A stretch of DNA of 64,000 nucleotides, from NCBI GenBank assembly GCA_963787965.1, contig CAWBES010000013.1:2338-66337 (forward strand). The letters run 5' to 3'. Numbering within the stretch: the first letter of the stretch is position 1; every line of letters starts with the position of its first letter. Source of the DNA: an uncultured Alphaproteobacteria bacterium. Lineage in GTDB: Bacteria > Vulcanimicrobiota > Vulcanimicrobiia > Vulcanimicrobiales > Vulcanimicrobiaceae. The notes under the pieces were generated by a model that saw only the letters and a list, made by a program, of their open reading frames with translations, did not search any database and had not been told where the DNA came from. Of this stretch, positions 1 through 6,456 are shown piece by piece. Position numbers and translations under genes: made by a program.

Positions 1-107
1 GCGGGATGGCGGAATTGGTATCCGTTCCCTAGCGCTTCCGAGCGCGATGAGGGAGGGAAGCCGCAAGACCTCGTACAGGAACCGAACGCTACCGGGCGAG
101 GAGGCCG

Positions 108-500
108 ATGATCCCCGAGAGCCGAGGAACCTTGATGCGGATTTATCTGGACGAAAGCGACCGCTGGCGCGGAACGGCGCTCTTCGATGCGATCGTGAAG
201 ACGCTCCTCGATAGCGGCATCGACGGCGCGACCGTTTTCAAAGGCGTCGAAGGGTACGGCGGACGCAAGCTGATCCACTCGTCGCGAGTCGTCGACGGCT
301 TGCAATCGCTGCCGGTGGTCATCGAAGTCCTCGACGACGAGGAACGCATACGCCGCGCGATCCCGCTCGTCGAGCCGATGATCGCGGGCGGCGTCATCAC
401 GCTCGAAAAGGTACAGATCATGCACTATCGGGCGGGAGAGGAAGCGGACGAACCGGCTGCCGCCGCGAGCGATGCCGATGCGGCGAACGCGGAACCTTAG
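108..500 (+). CDS. DUF190 / COG1993 PII-like protein, paralog 1
   Basis: The translation (LMRIYLDESDRWRG...DGATVFKGVEGYGG...LPVVIEVLDDEERI...GGVITLEKV) follows the DUF190 pattern (LRIY..e.D...g.pLy..iv...GiaGATV.rG..GfG...LP.vIE.vD.ee.i...G.itle.v). GAGGAGG lies just upstream of ATG 108. Confidence 0.85.
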   Translation: MIPESRGTLMRIYLDESDRWRGTALFDAIVKTLLDSGIDGATVFKGVEGYGGRKLIHSSRVVDGLQSLPVVIEVLDDEERIRRAIPLVEPMIAGGVITLEKVQIMHYRAGEEADEPAAAASDADAANAEP

Positions 501-835
501 CGCTTTTTCGCAGGAGCGAAGACCGCGAACTCGACGCGTTCGAGCGTGACCAAGCCTTCCGAAATCATGCTACGCAGTTGCGGTACGACCGCCACGATCT
601 TTTCAGGCTCGTCGACGACTTCGATGAGGACCGGAAGGTTCGGGAATCCGAAGACGCTCGAGACGTGCACCTGCTTGTGGGAGCCGAATCCTTCGATGCC
701 CATGAAGACCGTTGCCCCCGCGATACCGGCACGCTTGAGAGCGCCCACGATGGCCGTATAGAGCGGTTGACCGTGCCAGCGATCGTGCTGGTCCACGAAG
801 ATTCGTAGGAGCTTCCCCTCGTGAAAATCCGCCAT
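497..835 (-). CDS. DUF190 / COG1993 PII-like protein, paralog 2
   Basis: These are the last 112 codons of ORF 497..1474. The internal ATG (CAT at 833-835 on the + strand) opens MADFHEGKLLRIFVDQHDRWHG...AGATVFMGIEGFG...LPVLIEVVDEPEKI...GLVTLERVE. The ORF upstream of it is Arg-rich and not protein-like. Confidence 0.85.
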   Translation of the reverse strand: MADFHEGKLLRIFVDQHDRWHGQPLYTAIVGALKRAGIAGATVFMGIEGFGSHKQVHVSSVFGFPNLPVLIEVVDEPEKIVAVVPQLRSMISEGLVTLERVEFAVFAPAKKR

Positions 836-1055
836 TCCGATCCCACGCCTCTCTGACCGGCCGGTGCCGGCGTGCGACTTTGCCGCGCAGCGCCCGCCAT
901 CATTTTTCGCAGGTGCGCGTTCCCGCCGGCATCGGCCGGCCGCCGTCGTGCGGACCACTTTCACGATGCGGCGGATGGACGCGCATCCCTCGTCAGCGAC
1001 AACGCGCCTTGATATACTCGAAGGGGACAACGTGGATCGTTGTCGGGGGCCTGGT

Positions 1056-1406
1056 ATGGACGGATTCACGCCTGCGAAGCTGCTCCGCGTCTTCGTCGAC
1101 GATAACGACCGGCTCGGGGTGCAGCCCCTTCGCGTAGCGATCGTCGAGCTGCTGATGAAGCACGGGCTGGCGGGCGCCACCGTATTTCGCGGCGTCGAGG
1201 GCTTCGGGTGCCACGAGGTGATCCGTCGGGCAAAGGGCTTCGCCTGGCTGCCGAACCTGCCGATTCTCATCGAAGTCATCGACCGCGAGGAAAAAGTCGT
1301 CGCCGTCCTGCCCGACTTGCAAGCGATGATCCCCGACGGCTTGATCGTGCTCGAGTCGGTGGAAATCAAGCAGCTCAAGGGAGCGGTAGCTTCCAAGCGA
1401 AACTGA
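1056..1406 (+). CDS. DUF190 / COG1993 PII-like protein, paralog 3
   Basis: The internal ATG at 1056 of ORF 864..1406 opens MDGFTPAKLLRVFVDDNDRLG...AGATVFRGVEGFG...LPILIEVIDREEKV...GLIVLESVE. It looks clearly closer to paralog 2 than to paralog 1 by eye. Confidence 0.85.
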   Translation: MDGFTPAKLLRVFVDDNDRLGVQPLRVAIVELLMKHGLAGATVFRGVEGFGCHEVIRRAKGFAWLPNLPILIEVIDREEKVVAVLPDLQAMIPDGLIVLESVEIKQLKGAVASKRN

Positions 1407-1477
1407 GGGACTCGGTTCTTCGGCCGATATCGGTCTGACTGACGCGCCGGCTTTTCGACGACGGCTCGCGGCACGCC

Positions 1478-1516
1478 GAAGAAATAGCTAAGAAGACGAT
1501 GACGTGACGCATCGTC
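1478..1516 (-). terminator. Possible minus-strand intrinsic terminator
   Basis: GACGATG (1495-1501) pairs with CATCGTC (1510-1516) as a 7-bp stem with an 8-nt loop. On the minus strand it is followed by UUCUUAGCUAUUUCUUC. There is no U tail on the + strand. Confidence 0.3.
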
Positions 1517-1691
1517 TCCACCAAATCGGGCGCCGGTTCATCGAGCCAAAGGTACCTGCCGCCGCATGCCGGTGAGCGCGCTCGCGAACGCGACGGTCGG
1601 GAGCGTGCCGGCAGCCACGAGGAAGGCCGGCACCCGGCGAGACGGCGTCGACGCGAGGAACATCAGACCGCTTCCGAGAACGGCGCGGCAC

Positions 1692-1739
1692 GGCGATGGA
1701 GCTCGCCTTAACTGCCGATTCCGGCTGATGGCTCCTGTG
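1692..1739 (+). promoter_or_regulatory. Fluoride riboswitch (crcB RNA motif) aptamer
   Basis: The sequence reads GGCGAUGGAGCUCGCC UUAACU GCCG AUUC CGGC UGAUG GCUCC UGUG. P1 is GGCG/CGCC, the pseudoknot is GGAGC (1699-1703) with GCUCC (1731-1735), and P3 is GCCG/CGGC. The conserved GAUG, AACUGCC and GGCUGAUGG blocks match characterised fluoride aptamers almost base for base. It lies 90 nt upstream of the antiporter ATG. Confidence 0.85.
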
Positions 1740-1828
1740 TCAACAACGCGAGGCGGACGTGACATGGGCGCGGCCAACGGAATGTCTGAGTTTGTCGAGG
1801 TGCTCGTTACGCGCGCAGGAGCCCGCCG

Positions 1829-2986
1829 ATGAGCGCGCTCGCCGGGAATACGTGGATGGTCGCCGCGGTTTGGATGCTGCTGGCGGCGATCAGCGCGATT
1901 CTAGCCGTGCGTGTGAAGGTCGCCGCGGCGCTGGTCGAGATCGTCATCGGCATCCTCGCCGGGAGCTTCATCGATCTGCGCACGAACGACTGGGTCGACT
2001 TCGTGGCCGGGTTCGGGAGCATCTTGCTGACGTTCCTGGCCGGCGCCGAGATCGACCCGGTCGTGCTGCGCAAGCAGCTCGTTCCGTCCGCGACGCTCGG
2101 GTTCGTCTCGTTCCTCGCGCCTTGCGTGGGCGCGTGGGCCTACGCCCTCTACGTCGGTCACTGGACTCCCGACGGCGCGAAGATCGCGGGGATCGCGATG
2201 TCGACGACGTCGGTGGCCGTCGTGTATGCCGTACTCGTGGAGTCCGGACTCTCGAAACGGGAGTTCGGCCAACTGATCCTGGCCGCGTGCTTCTTCACCG
2301 ATCTCGGTACGGTCGTTGCGCTCGGCCTGCTGTTCGCGAACTACAACGTGTGGCTGGCCGCGCTCGTGCTGCTGATCCTCGCGAGCATGGCGGTCGTTCC
2401 CAAGATCTTGCCGCCGATGCTCGAGAGCATGCAGCGCTACGTCAGCGAGCCCGCGCTGCGCGTGCTGTTCGCGATCGTCTTCGTGCTCGCGGCGGTGGCG
2501 ACGTACGCGCGCAGCGAAGGCGTGCTGCCGGCGTACTTTCTCGGGCTCGCGTGCGCGGGCGTGATGATGACGTACCCGGACGTGAAGCGCCGGCTGCAGA
2601 CGATGACGATGACGATTCTCGCGCCCTTCTATTTTCTCAAGGCGGGCACGTTCGTCTCCCTGCGCGACGCGTGGAGCGGCGCGGGGATCATCGGCGCGCT
2701 CTTCTGCGTCAAGGTCTTCGCCAAGATCGGCGGCGTGTGGCCGGTCGCGCGGCTCCTCCGCTACGAAATCCGAGATGCGAGCTACCTGACGCTCCTGATG
2801 GCAACCGGACTCACGTTCGGGACGATCTCGAGCCTGTACGGCTTGACGCATCATTACATCGACCGCGCGCAGTACACGGCGCTCGTTACGGTCGTCATTC
2901 TGACGGCGGTCGTGCCGACGCTCGTCGCGCAAGCGATGTTCAAGCCGGCCGAGGAGCCGCCCGAGCTCGAGGCTGAAGTCCCGTAA
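1829..2986 (+). CDS. Cation:proton antiporter (CPA2 / Na+/H+ exchanger family), membrane domain only
   Basis: The 385-aa protein is polytopic and hydrophobic. The N-terminal LVEIVIGILAG...FGSILLTFLAGAEID and later GIAMSTTSVAVV blocks are typical of Kef/NapA-type exchangers. AGGAG lies 7 nt before ATG 1829. There is no C-terminal RCK/KTN domain. Confidence 0.85.
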   Translation: MSALAGNTWMVAAVWMLLAAISAILAVRVKVAAALVEIVIGILAGSFIDLRTNDWVDFVAGFGSILLTFLAGAEIDPVVLRKQLVPSATLGFVSFLAPCVGAWAYALYVGHWTPDGAKIAGIAMSTTSVAVVYAVLVESGLSKREFGQLILAACFFTDLGTVVALGLLFANYNVWLAALVLLILASMAVVPKILPPMLESMQRYVSEPALRVLFAIVFVLAAVATYARSEGVLPAYFLGLACAGVMMTYPDVKRRLQTMTMTILAPFYFLKAGTFVSLRDAWSGAGIIGALFCVKVFAKIGGVWPVARLLRYEIRDASYLTLLMATGLTFGTISSLYGLTHHYIDRAQYTALVTVVILTAVVPTLVAQAMFKPAEEPPELEAEVP

Positions 2987-3055
2987 CCGCCGCTTGCGGC
3001 CGGTTCGCTACCAAAGACCGGGCCTCACCCGCGCGGCCGATGGTACGATTCATCC

Positions 3056-4204
3056 ATGGCAAGCGACGCGCCGCAATCCCCAGCCTCCGAAACCATCTCG
3101 CCCATCACCGCAGCGTTCTTCTGGCCGCTCGCCGTGGGCGAAAGCGAGTGGAATCTCTACGCGCGGAATCTGAAGTTCTTCGGTGAGGCCGCCAAGCTCG
3201 ATTACGGGTTGCAGCCCGAGCTCGCCACCGCAAACGAGGTTCGGCTCGACCTGCGCACGATGACCTTACGCGATTACTCGCTAACGGCGGCGACGGGCGT
3301 CCCCACGATCGTCGACGCACCGTATGCGGGGCACTCGTCGATGATAGCGGATTTTGCGCCCGGCCAGAGCTTGATGCAAACGCTGCGCGCGAACGGTATG
3401 GGCCGGCTCTTCCTCACCGACTGGAAACCGGCGACGCCGGACATGAAGGACTTCGACTGCGACACGTATATCGCCGAGCTGAACGTCTGTGTCGACGATC
3501 TGGGCGGGCGGGTGAACCTGGTCGGCCTGTGCCAGGGCGGCTGGATGTCGGCCATGTACGCAGCGCGCTTTCCGGACAAGGTCGAGCGCATCGTGCTCGC
3601 CGGCGCGCCGATCGATACCGACGCCGGCGACGGCGCGGTCAAGCGGATGGCCCACGAGCTACCGGTCTCGTACTACGAGCAACTGGTCGCGGCCGACGGG
3701 GGCCTGGTCTCCGGGCGCATGATGCTCTTGGGCTGGAAGAATCTCGATCCGGAGAAGCAGTACGTCGAGAAGTACGTCGACCTTTACAAGAACCTCGACG
3801 ACCCCGCGTATCTCGAGCGCCAGGAACGCTTCTCGAGCTGGTACGAGAATCCGGTCGATCTGCCGGGCCGCTGGTACCTACAGGTCATCGTGCAGCTGTT
3901 CAAAGAGAACCGCTTGGCCAAGGGCGAGTTCGTCGCCCTGGGAAAGCGTCTCCGGCTCGCGGATGTCCGGTGTCCCGCCTACTTGCTCGCCGGCGCGGAG
4001 GACGCCATCACGCCGGCCGTGCAAGTCTTCAATGCCGAACAGTACCTCGGTACGCCCAAGGACCTCATCGTCAAGGAGACCGCGCCGGGCGGGCACATCG
4101 GCTTGTTCATGGGCTCGAACTCGCTTGCGGCGTATTGGCCGAAGATCGCGGCCTGGCTCGTCGCGTCCGGCGCCCCGGAGCCGGAGGGCTCGGGCCGGGC
4201 CTGA
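3056..4204 (+). CDS. Class III PhaC-like alpha/beta hydrolase (putative polyhydroxyalkanoate synthase)
   Basis: The lipase-box variant with Cys (VNLVGLCQGGWMSAMYAARFPDKV), together with later CPAYLLAGAEDAITP and PGGHIGLFMG, is collinear with class III PhaC. No phaE lies next to it. Confidence 0.6.
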   Translation: MASDAPQSPASETISPITAAFFWPLAVGESEWNLYARNLKFFGEAAKLDYGLQPELATANEVRLDLRTMTLRDYSLTAATGVPTIVDAPYAGHSSMIADFAPGQSLMQTLRANGMGRLFLTDWKPATPDMKDFDCDTYIAELNVCVDDLGGRVNLVGLCQGGWMSAMYAARFPDKVERIVLAGAPIDTDAGDGAVKRMAHELPVSYYEQLVAADGGLVSGRMMLLGWKNLDPEKQYVEKYVDLYKNLDDPAYLERQERFSSWYENPVDLPGRWYLQVIVQLFKENRLAKGEFVALGKRLRLADVRCPAYLLAGAEDAITPAVQVFNAEQYLGTPKDLIVKETAPGGHIGLFMGSNSLAAYWPKIAAWLVASGAPEPEGSGRA

Positions 4205-4277
4205 GGATTCGACCGCTCGCCGAACCGCTGGGCTGCGGCCCTGCAGGCTTCGGGCGCGGCCGCGTCATACGCACTCC

Positions 4278-4317
4278 CCCGAGCCGGCGGCGGCTTCACA
4301 AGGCGGCCCGGGTTTTT
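4278..4317 (+). terminator. Candidate intrinsic terminator after the PhaC-like gene
   Basis: CCCGAGCCG (4278-4286) pairs with CGGCCCGGG (4304-4312) at 8 of 9 bp, followed by TTTTT (4313-4317). Confidence 0.4.
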
Positions 4318-4420
4318 GTCGAAAGCAGCGCGGTCCGGGGTGCCGCGCCGCGTCGCGGTACGGTTCCGGAGCGCCGGGCACGGCGCGCAAACGTGCCGCG
4401 CCATTTGGACGGAGTATTGG

Positions 4421-5674
4421 TTGGAGAAAAAACGGGTCGTCATCACGGGAATGGGCGCGGTCACGCCGCTCGGTAACACGCGCGAGGAGTTCTGGGCCGC
4501 CCTCGTCGCAGGCAAGAGCGGCGTAGCGACCGTGACCGCGTTCGACGCGAAGGCGGCGGGCCTCAAATCGCAGATCGCGGCGGAAGTGAAGAATTTCAAC
4601 CCCGACGACCGGATCGGGCGGCGCGACGCGCGCCGGATGGACCGCTTCGCGCAGTTCGCGTTCGTGGCGGCGCGCGAGGCGATCGAAGATGCGGCGTTTC
4701 CCGACGACAAAGAGCTGCGCGACGAGACCGGCGTCGTGGTCGCCAGCGGCATCGGCGGCATCATCACGATTCAGGATACCGTCACCAAGGCGCGCGCGGC
4801 CGGCACGGCGGGACGCATCACGCCTTTCTTCGTCCCCATGCTGATGGGGAATTCCGCGTCCGCGCAGATCTCGATGCGCTACGGGTTCCGGGGGCCGATG
4901 TTCGCGGTGTCCAGCGCCTGCGCGAGCTCGAACGACGCGCTCGGCGTCGCGTACGATATGATCGTCCACGGGAAGGCGCGCGCGATCGTCTCGGGCGGCG
5001 CCGAAGCGACCGTGACCGACGTCGCCATGGGCGGTTTCGATTCGATGAAAGCGCTCTCGACCCGCAACTCGGAGCCCGAGCGGGCCAGCCGCCCCTTCGA
5101 CAGGGAGCGCGACGGCTTCGTGCTGGCCGAGGGCGGCGCCATTTTCGTCCTCGAGGAGCTGGAACTGGCCAAATCGCGCGGCGCTCGCATCTATGCGGAG
5201 CTCCTGGGCTACGGCGAGTCGGGCGACGCCTACGACCTGGTCGCGGTCGATCCGGCCGGCGGCGGCGTGGAACTCGCGCTCAAGCGCGCGTTCGCGTGCG
5301 CCGGCATCGCTCCCAGCGACGTCGACTACGTCAACGCGCACGCGACCTCGACGCCGATCGGCGACCCGGCCGAGTCGCAGGCCCTCGGGCGCATCGTCGG
5401 TGCCGGCGGTCACACATTCGCGGTCAGCTCGACCAAGAGCATGCACGGGCACGCGCTGGGCGCGGCCGGCGCGCTCGAAGGCGTCGCGACGGTGCTCGCC
5501 ATCCGCAATTCGATCATCCCGCCGACGATCAACTACGAGTACCCCGATCCCGAGTGCACGCTCGACTACGTGCCCAACATCGCGCGCAAGGCCGACGTGA
5601 AGATCGCGCTGTCGAGTTCGTTCGGTTTCGGCGGCCATAACAGCGTCGTGGTCTTCGGAAAATATACGGCCTGA
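4421..5674 (+). CDS. fabF: 3-oxoacyl-ACP synthase II
   Basis: KRVVITGMGAVTPLGN, the active-site region AVSSACASS, NAHATSTP.GD and SSTKSMHGHALGAAG are present. I chose the TTG start at 4421, which has GGAG at 4411-4414. The track start at 4316 lies inside the terminator T-run. Confidence 0.9.
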   Translation: MEKKRVVITGMGAVTPLGNTREEFWAALVAGKSGVATVTAFDAKAAGLKSQIAAEVKNFNPDDRIGRRDARRMDRFAQFAFVAAREAIEDAAFPDDKELRDETGVVVASGIGGIITIQDTVTKARAAGTAGRITPFFVPMLMGNSASAQISMRYGFRGPMFAVSSACASSNDALGVAYDMIVHGKARAIVSGGAEATVTDVAMGGFDSMKALSTRNSEPERASRPFDRERDGFVLAEGGAIFVLEELELAKSRGARIYAELLGYGESGDAYDLVAVDPAGGGVELALKRAFACAGIAPSDVDYVNAHATSTPIGDPAESQALGRIVGAGGHTFAVSSTKSMHGHALGAAGALEGVATVLAIRNSIIPPTINYEYPDPECTLDYVPNIARKADVKIALSSSFGFGGHNSVVVFGKYTA

Positions 5675-5691
5675 ATCGATGCTGGTCTTCG

Positions 5692-6456
5692 GTGCGCGCC
5701 GTGGCCGGTGAATCCCGGCGCCGGCGCCTGCGCGCGCTCCTGAACCTAGCGGGCGCCGCGGGCGCGAACTCGCGCGCGTTCGAGGCGGCTTTCGTGCACG
5801 AGAGCGCGGTCAAAGAACGGCTGGCCGAACGCTCGAACGAGCGGCTGGAGTTCTTGGGCGATGCGATCCTTGGCTTCACGGTCGCCCGCTCGTTGTACGA
5901 GCGGTACCCCGATGCCGACGAGGGCGAACTCGCGCTGCGAAAATCGGCACTGGTCGCCGACACGGCGCTGGCCGACACCGCCGAGCGGCTGGGCTTCGAG
6001 CCGTTGCTCGTGCTGGGCGCCGGGATGGCGAAGCTTCCGCCCGCGCGCCGCCGTTCGGCGCTGTCCGACGCCTTCGAGGCGTTCTTGGCCGTGCTCTTCG
6101 AGCAGTGCGGCCCAGGCACGGTCGCGGCGTTCGTTTTGCACGAACACGTCGCCGTGCACGAGCGGCTCGGCGCTGCCCTGGACGATCCGAAGACCGTGCT
6201 GCAGGAATGGACGCAGCGCCGGTTCGGGGTCGTTCCGCAGTACAGCGAGCGCTTCGAGGGGCCCGATCACGAGCGCACCTTCTTCGCCGAGGTGACGGTG
6301 GCCGGCGACGTACGTGCCGAAGGGACCGGTCCCTCGAAGAAGCTCGCGCAACGCGCTGCGGCCGCGCGCGTGCTCGAAGTGCTGGGCGAGCGCTTCGACG
6401 ACGTCGCGCCGCGCCCGCTCTCGTCTGCGCCGGCCGCGAAACGGGCGCGGCCGTGA
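5692..6456 (+). CDS. rnc: Ribonuclease III
   Basis: The signature ERLEFLGDAILG is present, with a C-terminal dsRBD (KTVLQEW...ERTFFAEV...GTGPSKKLAQRAAA). Confidence 0.9.
   Translation: MRAVAGESRRRRLRALLNLAGAAGANSRAFEAAFVHESAVKERLAERSNERLEFLGDAILGFTVARSLYERYPDADEGELALRKSALVADTALADTAERLGFEPLLVLGAGMAKLPPARRRSALSDAFEAFLAVLFEQCGPGTVAAFVLHEHVAVHERLGAALDDPKTVLQEWTQRRFGVVPQYSERFEGPDHERTFFAEVTVAGDVRAEGTGPSKKLAQRAAAARVLEVLGERFDDVAPRPLSSAPAAKRARP

Noticed and set aside
38-120. A fluoride-riboswitch-like sequence upstream of DUF190-1: GCGAUGAGGGAGGGAAGCCGC AAGAC CCUCG...CGAGG AGGC CGAUGAUCCCC. It has a possible GGGA:UCCC pseudoknot and a CCUCG/CGAGG stem.
   Set aside because: The P1 loop would be about 15 nt instead of 8. 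There is a 4-nt spacer before the GAUGA block, and the AUG inside that block is the gene's start codon. The geometry does not fit the tight canonical fold seen at 1692-1739. It is worth one cmsearch (RF01734) run, but I would not call it.
888-952. On the minus strand upstream of DUF190-2: GGCCGAUGCCGGCGGG AAC GCGC ACCU GCG AAAAA UGAUGGCGGGCG. It contains GAUG, AAC and UGAUGG blocks in riboswitch order.
   Set aside because: GCCGAUGCCGGC forms a perfect local hairpin that removes the pseudoknot loop. The putative pseudoknot (GCCGGC with GCGGGC) has a central G-G mismatch, and five As separate P3 from UGAUGG. It is probably chance similarity in GC-rich sequence, and only a covariance-model search could rescue it.
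961-1020. On the + strand upstream of DUF190-3: GGCGGAUGGACGCGC...ACAACGCGCC UUGAUAUACUCG. It resembles the GGCGAUGG...AAACGC...AUGACUCC order.
   Set aside because: There is no P3 hairpin and no 3' partner (UCC) for the GGA of the loop. It fails the basic pseudoknot requirement.
1538-1777. The minus-strand ORF considered as a possible CrcB/Fluc remnant (LGSGLMFLASTPS compared with the GG.TTFSTFS motif).
   Set aside because: The resemblance is limited to a few residues. The upstream half is Arg/Pro-rich and not membrane-like, and it would overlap the functional riboswitch on the opposite strand.
6105-6452. Long N-terminal extensions offered by the ORF track. These affect smc (from 6105), DUF190-2 (to 1474), DUF190-3 (from 864), the FecR-like protein (to 14481), hisS (from 22713), accB (from 23492), several GT genes, the epimerase (to 45232) and atpB/E/I.
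   Set aside because: The extensions overlap the preceding well-supported gene or the opposite-strand gene, are Arg/Pro/Gly-rich, and precede obvious family N-termini or signal peptides. Internal ATG/GTG/TTG starts that give 4-nt overlaps or have good Shine-Dalgarno sites were preferred.
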